Assembly: GCF_000148385.1 (NCBI RefSeq)
Contig: NC_014537.1
Span: 2,130,001 to 2,162,000, forward strand
Length of the DNA: 32,000 bases
Reading direction: 5' to 3'
Source: Vulcanisaeta distributa DSM 14429
GTDB lineage: Archaea; Thermoproteota; Thermoprotei; Thermoproteales; Thermocladiaceae
This document shows positions 7,017 to 16,015 of the stretch, piece after piece; position 1 is the first letter of the stretch; every line of letters starts with the position of its first letter. A program made the translations under genes and the position numbers. The notes under the pieces are model-generated. The model saw nothing but the letters and a program-made list of their open reading frames with translations. It searched no databases and was not told the DNA's origin.

Positions 7017-7952
7017 TCAGCACATATCATTAAGTACGTACCTATCACTGCCAATCACGATTTCCAGGGCCTTTAGACCCTGGTTTTCAATGCATCTAGC
7101 CTCGTAACTTGGCACAGCAACATTGCCCTTGATAATATCACCCAACTTAACATTAATGACCTCCCTATTGCCTAACTCCATTAACTTAAACGTCCCCTGT
7201 GAATAAGAGAGTACGTAATAAGGCCTATTCGAGTAAATGATCACTGAACCACGAGTAAGGGGGACGAGGATAACACTAATACTTAATTTAGTAACCACCT
7301 TATCACCGCGTCCCCTAACCACACTCTGGCTTTCAGTTACTTTACTAGGCACGGCCTTATGTATCTTATAGGCTATGGTCCTTGCCAAACCCTGATCCGA
7401 CAACTTAATGTCGAAGCCCTCCCCCACGTCCTCAACCCTAAGGAAACCGCTCCTCTCATCTTTGATTGTTTCCTTCCTAACGATATCGATTATTAACCGC
7501 CTCAATTGACCACTCATTGGTATGATACTCCTAATCTGAACAACGGCTCTCTCCCTCTCGTTAATCATATCCCTACACCTCGGGCACAGCTCCTCGCTAT
7601 ACCTAACCTTAACCTGCACCTCCTCATCATAGTCGCTAATGAGTTCATGAACCGAACCCCTAACCTTAACAACCGCCGTATTTAACCCATGCCTTAAGCT
7701 AAGGGTTTCAATAGAGGCATTGGTGACCCTACCCATGTACTCAATGGATTCAAGTATTAACTTCTCAATGACCTTTGGATCCCTCACCCACCTACCTCTA
7801 TAGAGTATCGCACCACAGCTTGGGCACCTAACGATACCCACGACATCCCTCTTCACCCTGGCAAGTGGGTGGGTCTTCCTATAGCAGTCTGGGCATAATC
7901 CCTCAATTAGTATGTCAGTCTCCCTACCACACAACGCACATACCTTGCGCAT
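7017..7952 (-). CDS. NMD3-family protein (archaeal homologue of the 60S export/biogenesis adaptor)
   Basis: N-terminal paired zinc knuckles CALCGR..CPDCY..CPSCGA, and a later CPRC. Length and layout fit archaeal NMD3-like proteins as I recall them. Confidence 0.6.
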   Translation of the reverse strand: MRKVCALCGRETDILIEGLCPDCYRKTHPLARVKRDVVGIVRCPSCGAILYRGRWVRDPKVIEKLILESIEYMGRVTNASIETLSLRHGLNTAVVKVRGSVHELISDYDEEVQVKVRYSEELCPRCRDMINERERAVVQIRSIIPMSGQLRRLIIDIVRKETIKDERSGFLRVEDVGEGFDIKLSDQGLARTIAYKIHKAVPSKVTESQSVVRGRGDKVVTKLSISVILVPLTRGSVIIYSNRPYYVLSYSQGTFKLMELGNREVINVKLGDIIKGNVAVPSYEARCIENQGLKALEIVIGSDRYVLNDMC

Positions 7953-7999
7953 TTCTCATTGGCGTTTTCAAGTGGGTTAAATAAATCCTTTCCATCACC

Positions 8000-8013
8000 A
8001 TAATACTTAATAC
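8000..8013 (+). promoter_or_regulatory. BRE/TATA-like box ATAATACTTAATAC for the HtrA-like gene
   Basis: Centred about 27 nt upstream of GTG 8035. Matches the recurrent (A/T)ACTTWWWAA box seen upstream of other first cistrons in this window. Confidence 0.45.
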
Positions 8014-8034
8014 ACCAAGCGCATTGAATTAATT

Positions 8035-8964
8035 GTGAGTAAGGACGTAGAATCAAGAATTATAGACATCGTCAATGAGATGAAATCCTCAGTCGTAAGT
8101 ATAATAACGACTAGGCTCATGGTTGATGAGTGGTTAAATGCGACGCCAGTTAGGGGTCTCGGCACGGGCTTCTTCATCGATAATAAACACGTGGTTACGG
8201 CAAACCACGTGGTGCAGGATGCGACGGAGCTCGTCGTGGTAACACCTGACGGTGATGAGTATGAAGGTGAATTACTAGGTAGAGATCCTGAATTTGACGC
8301 TGCGTTAATTAGGGTTGAGGGTGCCCGCTCAGTTAAGTCCGTCAAACTTGGCGATTCCGATAAACTTAAGGTGGGGCAGATGGTAATAGCGATAGGATAT
8401 CCGCTGGGCCTTCTCGGTGAGCCAACAGTAACTTTAGGCGTTATTTCGGCAATTGGTAGGAGCATAAGGACACCCATGGGCGTTCTTGAGGGCTTGATAC
8501 AGACAGACGCAGCTATTAATCCAGGTAACTCAGGAGGTCCCTTGCTTAATCTCGATGGTGAGGTTGTTGGCATGAACACCGCAATAATAGCTGGTGCCCA
8601 GGGGATTGGGTTTGCCGTTCCGATAAACCTGGTTAAGTTAACTATTGATGAAATACTAAAGTTCGGTAGGGTTGTTAGGCCTAGGTTAGGTATATACGGC
8701 GTTGACCTCAGCAAACCCATGGCCAGGTACTTTAGGTTGCCCGTGGATAGGGGTGTTCTCGTAGTTGGTGTTTTACCTGGCTCCCCAGCTGATGATGCCG
8801 GTCTTAGGCAGGGTGACGTAATCACGGCAATAGATGACGAGGAATTATCAAGTATAGTGCAACTAAAGGTTCACCTGGCCAGGAGGTTTATTGAGGGTAA
8901 TAGGGTTTTTGATTTAACGGTGGTCAGGGGTAGGACAAGGTATAGGATTAAGGTCAGTATCTAA
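8035..8964 (+). CDS. htrA: HtrA/DegP-family trypsin-like serine protease with C-terminal PDZ domain
   Basis: Catalytic triad context VVTANHVV (His), FDAALIRV (Asp), NPGNSGGPL (Ser). PDZ-like GVLVVGVLPGSPADDAGLRQGDVITAIDD. GTG start. Confidence 0.85.
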   Translation: MSKDVESRIIDIVNEMKSSVVSIITTRLMVDEWLNATPVRGLGTGFFIDNKHVVTANHVVQDATELVVVTPDGDEYEGELLGRDPEFDAALIRVEGARSVKSVKLGDSDKLKVGQMVIAIGYPLGLLGEPTVTLGVISAIGRSIRTPMGVLEGLIQTDAAINPGNSGGPLLNLDGEVVGMNTAIIAGAQGIGFAVPINLVKLTIDEILKFGRVVRPRLGIYGVDLSKPMARYFRLPVDRGVLVVGVLPGSPADDAGLRQGDVITAIDDEELSSIVQLKVHLARRFIEGNRVFDLTVVRGRTRYRIKVSI

Positions 8965-9015
8965 GTTATACTTTCTAAGGAATTATTAAAAATTAAGGCT
9001 AATGAGTTTAGGTCA

Positions 9016-10161
9016 ATGAGTGAATTAGTACTGCCTGATTATTCAGGTATGAGTATTCAAAACCTAGCCAACACATTACTATCGCACTTCGGTACAACAC
9101 CTAGAGGCCCTAAACTAAGGCTTGACCTCGACCTTAACGACCGCGTTGTCTTAATACTAATTGATGGCCTTAGTTACAGGGATTTAGTAAGCGTCATGGG
9201 TGACCCATTACCCGTAAGCAGACTATACAGAATAACCTCCGTATTCCCCACAACTACGTCCACGGTATTAACAACACTATTCACAGGCCTAAGCCCTGGC
9301 CAACACGGGGTCCTGGGCCCCAACATTTACATTAAGGAGATTGGAACCATAGTTAATACGTTATCGATGGGTCCAGTGATTGGTGAGAGGGATGGACTCC
9401 ATAAAATGGGCTACGACCTAAAGAAACTCTTTCCTATAAAAACGACGATATTCGAAGAATTGGGCAATATGGGTATAAGGAGTAGGGTGTATGTACCCAA
9501 GGGCTTATCAGGTGGCTTATCGAGGATAACATACGCTGGTGCTGAGATTGTTGAGTACGTAACGCCATACGATGCAGTAATAAACGCGGCGAGGTTCCTA
9601 GGCGAATATAAGGTTGGTTTTGTGCATATTTACATAACCACCGTCGACTCCGCGGCGCATAAGTACGGGCCGAGCTCCGAGGAATGCGGTGCCGTGATCA
9701 GGGAGACCGTGGATTCCGTGATTAGGATGGCGAAGAAGTACATGACTAACTTCACGGTATTAGTAACGGCGGATCACGGGCATGATGAGGTCAAGAACAA
9801 CGTTAAGGCTAATGATGTACAGGGACTAATGAGGCTACTGCATGTACCACCCTACGGTGATGCAAGGGCCATATACCTCAGGCTTAGTGATAGGGCGAGT
9901 ATTGATGAGTTAACCGCATTACTTGGTAGGTACAACGTGGCTGGGCGCTTCCTTAGTAGGGATGAGGCAATAAGCATGGGCTTGTTCGGTGAAGTGTCAA
10001 GTGATGTAATTGATAGGGTTGGTGACGTAATATTCATACCGAACAGCGGCTCAGCCTTTATCTACCTGTATAAGCCGGATAGCGAGGAGTTGCTAACCCT
10101 CAGGGGTCAGCATGGAGGCTTGACCGAGAGGGAATTATACATACCCCTGATTCAATTATAG
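9016..10161 (+). CDS. alkaline-phosphatase-superfamily metalloenzyme (type I phosphodiesterase / nucleotide pyrophosphatase-like)
   Basis: VLILIDGLSYRDL (metal-binding Asp), SVFPTTTSTVLTTLFTGLSPGQHGV (nucleophile Thr region), VTADHGH. Substrate unknown. Confidence 0.65.
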   Translation: MSELVLPDYSGMSIQNLANTLLSHFGTTPRGPKLRLDLDLNDRVVLILIDGLSYRDLVSVMGDPLPVSRLYRITSVFPTTTSTVLTTLFTGLSPGQHGVLGPNIYIKEIGTIVNTLSMGPVIGERDGLHKMGYDLKKLFPIKTTIFEELGNMGIRSRVYVPKGLSGGLSRITYAGAEIVEYVTPYDAVINAARFLGEYKVGFVHIYITTVDSAAHKYGPSSEECGAVIRETVDSVIRMAKKYMTNFTVLVTADHGHDEVKNNVKANDVQGLMRLLHVPPYGDARAIYLRLSDRASIDELTALLGRYNVAGRFLSRDEAISMGLFGEVSSDVIDRVGDVIFIPNSGSAFIYLYKPDSEELLTLRGQHGGLTERELYIPLIQL

Positions 10162-10163
10162 CG

Positions 10164-11504
10164 TTACTCACCAACTAACCTGCCCAACCTTCTGCGTGAC
10201 TTCTTTATCTGGTTAACCATCCTCTTCATCAGTTGGTAATAATTCAGTAGTTCCTTAACATCCTTCGGCGTTACACCAGCGCCCTTGGCTATCCTACGGA
10301 TTCTCGACGCATTAATTATGTCTGGGTTCAGTAACTCCTCCTTAGTCATTGAATCAAGTATGTGTCTCCACCTCCTGAGCATTTCCTGGGCATTACTCAT
10401 CTTCTCCTCATCAAGCATCACGGCCCTATACTGCATTGGTAACATGCTCGTTGGCAATAATTCCAAGATCTTACTGAGGGGTCCAAGCTTCATTATTGAG
10501 TCAATCTGCTTCTTAATGGTTAGTAGGTTTATCTTACCCTCCTCAATCTCCTCCATGATCTTGCTCTCCTCCTCAATGGCCCTTATCTTCTCAATCAATG
10601 CCTCAAGGTCGCCCATGCCCAGTAATCTCGATACGTACTTATTGGCATCAAAAACCTCGATCTCATCAATATCCTCACCAACACCAATGAACTTAATCCT
10701 CGCACCACTCCTTATAACCGAGGTTAATGCACCACCAGCCTTCGCAGTGCTATCCATCTTCGTTAGGAAAACACTATGTATTGGTACATACTTCATGAAG
10801 GCCTCTGTTTGGGCAGCGGCTTGCCTACCGACTGTGGCATCAATCACGAGCATTACCTCGTCAGGCTTAGCCTCATCATAAATAGCCTTAGCCTCCTTCA
10901 GTAGCTCCTCCTCATTCCTATGCCTACCCGCGGTATCAATTATTATTAAATCAACCCTGTTCCTCTGCATATACTCAAGGCCATGCCTCAATATGGCTAT
11001 GGGATCCTTAGAATTCTCCTCACCATAAAATAGGGCGTTAACCCTCTCAGCTAATTGCTTAAGCTGGTGATACGCGCCGGGCCTGTAGGTGTCGGTCTCG
11101 ATAAGCCCAACCCTCAAATTCCTCTTAATGTAGAACCTAGCCAGCTTGGCCGCTGATGTTGTTTTACCGCTACCCTCAACACCAATTAGCATTAACTTGT
11201 ACGGTCTCTTACTAACGTTAACGTTAGGCGCCTCCTCACCTCCCAACGCCTTAACTAATTCCTGATATAGGAGGTATAGTAGGAACTCCTTACTTGTTAT
11301 ACCTTGGGGAGGCTTTTCCTGTCTGAATCTCTCCTCAATTGTCTTTGTTATTGATAAGACAACATCAGCACTAACATCAGCCCTCAGCAGTATCCTCTGA
11401 ATCTCCCTTAAAACCTCCTTAAGCGTCGCCTCATCTATGTAGCTTAATCCCCTAATCCTATTAACCAGGTTCGTGAAGGCTTCGATTAATGGATTTGGCG
11501 CCAC
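10164..11504 (-). CDS. srp54: signal recognition particle protein SRP54
   Basis: N domain, then G domain (GVEGSGKTTSAAKLA, DTAGR, LTKMDSTAKAGGALS), then a Met-rich M domain. GTG start at 11504. Confidence 0.95.
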   Translation of the reverse strand: MAPNPLIEAFTNLVNRIRGLSYIDEATLKEVLREIQRILLRADVSADVVLSITKTIEERFRQEKPPQGITSKEFLLYLLYQELVKALGGEEAPNVNVSKRPYKLMLIGVEGSGKTTSAAKLARFYIKRNLRVGLIETDTYRPGAYHQLKQLAERVNALFYGEENSKDPIAILRHGLEYMQRNRVDLIIIDTAGRHRNEEELLKEAKAIYDEAKPDEVMLVIDATVGRQAAAQTEAFMKYVPIHSVFLTKMDSTAKAGGALTSVIRSGARIKFIGVGEDIDEIEVFDANKYVSRLLGMGDLEALIEKIRAIEEESKIMEEIEEGKINLLTIKKQIDSIMKLGPLSKILELLPTSMLPMQYRAVMLDEEKMSNAQEMLRRWRHILDSMTKEELLNPDIINASRIRRIAKGAGVTPKDVKELLNYYQLMKRMVNQIKKSRRRLGRLVGE

Positions 11505-11511
11505 CGCAATC

Positions 11512-11518
11512 CACCTCC
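11512..11518 (-). promoter_or_regulatory. Shine-Dalgarno GGAGGTG for srp54
   Basis: Minus-strand GGAGGTG lies 7 nt upstream of GTG 11504, in the 34-nt spacer after the KaiC-like gene. This suggests co-transcription. Confidence 0.5.
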
Positions 11519-11538
11519 CTAATTAATCCCTTAAATAA

Positions 11539-12585
11539 TTATTGCGGATATTGCTGTGTTTCGTAGTACTGAGACGTGTAATACTGCTGCGGGTAGTAAT
11601 AATAACCCTGCGGGTATTGCTGCCCACAATAGTAACTCCTATAATAATTGAGGGTGTTCTCATCATTTAATGGACCTATTACATAGATACCACCTGGCCC
11701 TATCTCGTATATGAGCTTTATCGGCCTAATGGGCATCCACCTCATTTTCCTAATGAACATTATCCTAGCCAAACACCCAAAGTTACTATTAGCCATTGAT
11801 ATCTCCCTAAGGGATAGCATAATCACGCCACTAGCTAGGTACTCCTCGACGCCAAACCTACTAAGCTTATTCTCTTCACCCGTGGGTATTTCCGAGGTCA
11901 TTATCGTGGTTACATCCTTAAGCCGCTTAAGCTGAAACACTAACTCCCTTAGGTACTCCCTAATCCAGATAACGTCTTGGTGGCTCATTATTATTAATGG
12001 TGCGATTGGGTCGATAACGAGCCTCTTAACATCATACTTCTTAACCTGCTCGATAATCATCTTAGCAAGATCCCTCGGGTCAAGGGTTATCTTCTCATCA
12101 CGTGCATAGATCCTGAAGTAGGTCCTAAAATCGGCCATTATTAGCTTACCGCTTCTCTCGTAAGAATCAAGATCCCAACCTAGGGCATCACGGACACCCC
12201 TCTTGACATCCTCGGACGGTTCATCAACGGTCACGTACATACCCACCTCACCAAGCTCAGCACCCGTCCTTAGGAATGTCAAGCTAAATATCGTCTTTCC
12301 AGTACCAGCCTCACCGGCTATTAGGTAAACCTCGCCCCTCTTAAATCCGCCACTAAGTATGTAAGCGTCTAAGTAGTTAATACCGGTCAATGCCTTATCC
12401 TCATAATAGTAATAGTAATATGGGTATTGATCCTGCGGATACTGAATGGTCTGTGTATTATATGAATATTGGTAATAGGTCATTGTATCATTATAATAAT
12501 TACCTGTTTGATAATTTCCATAGTAATTATAGTAATTCGAATAAGTATCCGAATCTGAAGTTGCTTGTCTCTTCATTGAATTCAT
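11539..12585 (-). CDS. KaiC/RecA-superfamily ATPase with Tyr/Gln/Asn-rich low-complexity N- and C-terminal tails
   Basis: Core: TGINYLDAYILSGGFKRGEVYLIAGEAGTGKT (Walker A) and KRLVIDPI (Walker B). aa 14-61 contain 20 Tyr in about 50 residues, including YYYYYY. The last 37 aa contain 14 Tyr and 9 Gln. Confidence 0.8.
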   Translation of the reverse strand: MNSMKRQATSDSDTYSNYYNYYGNYQTGNYYNDTMTYYQYSYNTQTIQYPQDQYPYYYYYYEDKALTGINYLDAYILSGGFKRGEVYLIAGEAGTGKTIFSLTFLRTGAELGEVGMYVTVDEPSEDVKRGVRDALGWDLDSYERSGKLIMADFRTYFRIYARDEKITLDPRDLAKMIIEQVKKYDVKRLVIDPIAPLIIMSHQDVIWIREYLRELVFQLKRLKDVTTIMTSEIPTGEENKLSRFGVEEYLASGVIMLSLREISMANSNFGCLARIMFIRKMRWMPIRPIKLIYEIGPGGIYVIGPLNDENTLNYYRSYYCGQQYPQGYYYYPQQYYTSQYYETQQYPQ

Positions 12586-12632
12586 ATTATCCCGACAATA
12601 GCTATAAAAGTACTTATATATGTTGCGTTTCG

Positions 12633-14222
12633 TTAATGTTCCTTCGGCCTTACCTTAAGTTGAACATTAAACTTCTTCCTGATGTTCTCAAGCTTAGGTA
12701 AACCCTTAGAAATAACGGCGCCTATGTACGCATCAGGTACCTGAATAATCACTGAGCCATCCTCACCCCTAACAATTGATATCTCCTCAGGGGGTACGTA
12801 CTTCCTCAAAACCCTCACAATCCTACTAATCAACCTCTTATCACTAACGGCCTGACTAACCTTACGTGCCTTACCTATAGGCGTTACAAAGATCTCCTCA
12901 CCAAATACGTAGATCTCATACTCAACAGTGTCATTTATGAAGTCCTTAACAACAACGACCGGCCTAGCCAAGTCCTCCTCGCTCATGCCCTCGGGAACCT
13001 TAACGGTGAGCTCGAGACTATACACCTTCTGAACCTCTCCATCCTTCATGAAGAGGACCGTGTCTATTATTGACGGAAGCATACCAAGCTCCGTCCTACC
13101 TATGAACCTCTGGATCGCGTCTATGGGACTCGTTGCATGCACGACACCAACCATGCCAACACCAGCCAGTCTAAGGTCTATGTATAACTGGAAGTCCGCG
13201 GTATCCCTCATCTCATCAAATATTGTGAAGTCAGGCCTAGATAGTAACAGTAAATCATGTATTTCCTCAGACGATGCGTAGGTCTTCGATATCTGCGTTA
13301 TCTCATTGGGTAGTATCATATCCCTTGGTGACTCCACGGTCTTAACGACCTTACCGAGGCTCATGTAGTACTCAGCCAATGCTTGGGCAAAGGTCGTTTT
13401 ACCAGCACCTGGTGGACCTGCTATTAATATTCCCTCAGCCTGTCTACCCAGTCTATCGAGAACCTTAGGATGGAGTGAGTACTCCTCAAGTCTCCTCTTA
13501 ATTAATGGCTTGACGGCGGTTATCTCAATCCCGTCAGACACGGGGGGTAATGCAACGACTATTCTATACTCACCATGCTGAATAATGAGTGAGTTCTCCC
13601 TCCTAATTTCAACCCTGGTATTACTATTGGCCATTAGTGACGCTGATATCAATTCCCTAACCATCCTCTCTAGGTACTCCCTACTAAGTGGTTCATTACT
13701 AAGCGGCACCAATTGCCAATTACCCGGCCTACCCTTCTTGGCATAGGGTATTGAGCCCTCCTTAAGGTGAACTGACATCGTGTCATTATCGAAGAACCTC
13801 TCAATCTCCAGCTTATCCTTATGCTGACCTATGAACAACGTCTCAATGCCCATGGCTCTTGAAATCTCAAAATTCATCTCATCGCTTGTCACCAGCGTTG
13901 CGCCCAACTCCCTCGCCAGCTCCCTGACTATCTCATCAACCGAGTGCTGGTCAGGCCTTGGTATTGACTTTGGGAGCACCGACACGTACTCGACCCTTAT
14001 ATCCTCAAGGCCAAGCTTATTTATTGAGTCCATGATATAATTCAACTCCCTAATACCCAGCCAACCCAATGCACCACCAGCCCTAGCCTCACTCTCGAAC
14101 TTCCTAATTATCTCTGTATGTATCAATAACCTACCCCTAATGTTACCCCTCAATATTGCCTCTTTCAAACTCCCATCCAAGAACACCGATGTATCGGGTA
14201 TGTAAATATTGCTTACTTGCAT
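12633..14222 (-). CDS. PIN domain + PilT/VirB11-like ATPase + KH domain protein (archaeal COG1855-type ATPase)
   Basis: N-terminal PIN (IYIPDTSVF .. LVTSDEM), Walker A GPPGAGKTT, FDEMRD Walker B region, C-terminal KH-like VIIQVPDAYIGAVISKGLPKLENIRKKF. Confidence 0.8.
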   Translation of the reverse strand: MQVSNIYIPDTSVFLDGSLKEAILRGNIRGRLLIHTEIIRKFESEARAGGALGWLGIRELNYIMDSINKLGLEDIRVEYVSVLPKSIPRPDQHSVDEIVRELARELGATLVTSDEMNFEISRAMGIETLFIGQHKDKLEIERFFDNDTMSVHLKEGSIPYAKKGRPGNWQLVPLSNEPLSREYLERMVRELISASLMANSNTRVEIRRENSLIIQHGEYRIVVALPPVSDGIEITAVKPLIKRRLEEYSLHPKVLDRLGRQAEGILIAGPPGAGKTTFAQALAEYYMSLGKVVKTVESPRDMILPNEITQISKTYASSEEIHDLLLLSRPDFTIFDEMRDTADFQLYIDLRLAGVGMVGVVHATSPIDAIQRFIGRTELGMLPSIIDTVLFMKDGEVQKVYSLELTVKVPEGMSEEDLARPVVVVKDFINDTVEYEIYVFGEEIFVTPIGKARKVSQAVSDKRLISRIVRVLRKYVPPEEISIVRGEDGSVIIQVPDAYIGAVISKGLPKLENIRKKFNVQLKVRPKEH

Positions 14223-14288
14223 TCCGCCTATCGCTAAGTAATCGATACTAAGTACCCTTAATAAACACTTTTATTCATAATAAGCGAA

Positions 14289-15281
14289 TTAATCGTTGCT
14301 TACAACGACAACACCATTAATATCCAACACAGCCTTTAACACCGAACCACCCGTAAGCTCAATGGCCTTCTCAACCTCAACCTTATCAGATAGCGCTATC
14401 ATGCATCCACCCCCACCGGCACCCGTTAACTTTGAGCCGAGGGCACCAGCGTTCCTGGCTGCGTAAACCATTTCATTTAACTGCCGAGTTGATACTCCGA
14501 GGGCATCGAGTAATCCATGGTTAATATTCATTAAAACACCCATCAACTCCAGGTCACCCCTTTCTAGGGCCTCCCTACCCTTCCTAGTGATTAGCCCTAT
14601 TGACCTTATTATTGGCTCTATCACATCCCTCATTGTCTCATACTTCCTCCTAACCATAGCGACTAAGTCCTTTGTCGTGCTCACCCTAGGCACATACCCA
14701 ATTATCAATGGGACATTGGTCCCAGGCCTCACGGGCTCCATCACCGCATTATTACCCTCAGGCTTCACAAACATTATGCCGCCAAACGTAGCCATTGTGG
14801 TATCCGTGGGACTTGCAGAACCCTGAACATCCTTCTCGACCTGCCACGCAAGGCGCGCTAGTTCGCGCTTATCAATGTCGTAGCCCAACTCCTTTATGTA
14901 TGCGTATATCGTTGCGACGGCCACGGCGGCTGACGTGCCTAACCCAGCACCAACGGGCATTTCTGACCGTATCTCCAGGTCAATACCGACCTTCTTATCG
15001 ACATATCCCATGGCTAATTCAACAGCCCTCTTAACATAGCTTAACGCGGAGATAACCGCACCATAATCCGTCCTGGCAATTATATCACCGTTCTCACTAA
15101 TCGTTACAGAGATGCCCGCCAATCTTAAATCCCTCGCATTTATATTGATTTTACCATCGCTCCTAGCCCTTGCCGTGACATAGACGTACTTATTAATAGC
15201 CATTGCCAGGGCTGGCTCGCCATAAACGACAGCATGCTCTCCATAAAGTATCACCTTACCGGGCGCCCTTACAGTAACCAC
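14289..15281 (-). CDS. mvk: mevalonate kinase
   Basis: GHMP kinase motifs GKVILYGEHAVVYG, PVGAGLGTSAAVAVA, KLTGAGGGGCMIAL. Confidence 0.9.
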   Translation of the reverse strand: MVTVRAPGKVILYGEHAVVYGEPALAMAINKYVYVTARARSDGKININARDLRLAGISVTISENGDIIARTDYGAVISALSYVKRAVELAMGYVDKKVGIDLEIRSEMPVGAGLGTSAAVAVATIYAYIKELGYDIDKRELARLAWQVEKDVQGSASPTDTTMATFGGIMFVKPEGNNAVMEPVRPGTNVPLIIGYVPRVSTTKDLVAMVRRKYETMRDVIEPIIRSIGLITRKGREALERGDLELMGVLMNINHGLLDALGVSTRQLNEMVYAARNAGALGSKLTGAGGGGCMIALSDKVEVEKAIELTGGSVLKAVLDINGVVVVSND

Positions 15282-15305
15282 GGACCTATGGGTAATTCAG
15301 GAAAA

Positions 15306-15677
15306 TTAAATTCTTCCGTTAAATAACCTTGAACCACCTGGCTTACTAAGTTCAACGATCAAATTCGTTATGGTCCTACGTGCATCGTTAAGCCCGTAAA
15401 TCACTGAGCCATAGCTGGGCACCAGTATAAACGCTCCAGTAATGAATAATCCACCAGCGATTAAGTAGTTGCGAAGTACTACTATGGCCAGTCCTAGGTA
15501 TACTAATACGTAATCATTATTTATCACAGATGAATACCTAAGGATATCACTGTAGTATCCAAGCCTATAGAGTGCGGTCATTATCATGAATTGGCCAATG
15601 AAATTCTCAATAGCCACAACCACACTCACTAAATTAATGATTAATGGGCCAACCCGGATCACGACCATCACATCCAC
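15306..15677 (-). CDS. small hydrophobic membrane protein (about 3 predicted TM segments), function unknown
   Basis: 123-aa ORF, strongly hydrophobic, same strand and tightly spaced between the MFS gene and mvk. No recognisable motif. Confidence 0.45.
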   Translation of the reverse strand: MDVMVVIRVGPLIINLVSVVVAIENFIGQFMIMTALYRLGYYSDILRYSSVINNDYVLVYLGLAIVVLRNYLIAGGLFITGAFILVPSYGSVIYGLNDARRTITNLIVELSKPGGSRLFNGRI

Positions 15678-15706
15678 AGTCAGGGATAGCAGGGAGGCAA
15701 ATATGG

Positions 15707-16015
15707 CTATGAATACGCCGACCTACCAACATCGTAATCCTCAGGGTATGCCTTAACCATCAGGTCGAAACCCCTCCTCACCAGGGTTGTGTATATGATT
15801 AGTAGTAGAATTGAGGCTAGGGCATTGGTTATGTCCATGGATATTGGCGGTAAATGAATTAGTATTCCCATGAGTGCGATTACGGAGAATGCATAGAATA
15901 TGAATACCACTAGGTATAGTATGAAGCCCGCCATGATCACATTAACACCCTTAATGAGCGGGCTCAATTTATCAACGGTGTCATCGCTCATTACCAATAT
16001 TATGGCGAATCGCAC
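15707..16015 (-). CDS. small hydrophobic membrane protein, function unknown
   Basis: 102-aa ORF with two long hydrophobic stretches. Its 5' end overlaps the MFS gene 3' end by 35 nt, and a later start (Met9) still overlaps. Confidence 0.4.
   Translation of the reverse strand: MRFAIILVMSDDTVDKLSPLIKGVNVIMAGFILYLVVFIFYAFSVIALMGILIHLPPISMDITNALASILLLIIYTTLVRRGFDLMVKAYPEDYDVGRSAYS

Noticed and set aside
8007-8825. 272-aa minus-strand ORF
   Set aside because: It lies entirely antisense to the well-supported HtrA-like gene. Its Ser/Pro/Thr-rich composition is typical of a shadow frame and it has no motifs.
10285-10881. 198-aa plus-strand ORF
   Set aside because: Antisense shadow of srp54. Its Ser/Ile/Leu-rich low-information sequence has no promoter-like box.
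12390-12701. 103-aa plus-strand ORF rich in N/S/Y
   Set aside because: It is the reverse-complement reading of the Tyr-codon-rich N-terminal tail of the KaiC-like gene plus the intergenic promoter. It is a low-complexity artefact.
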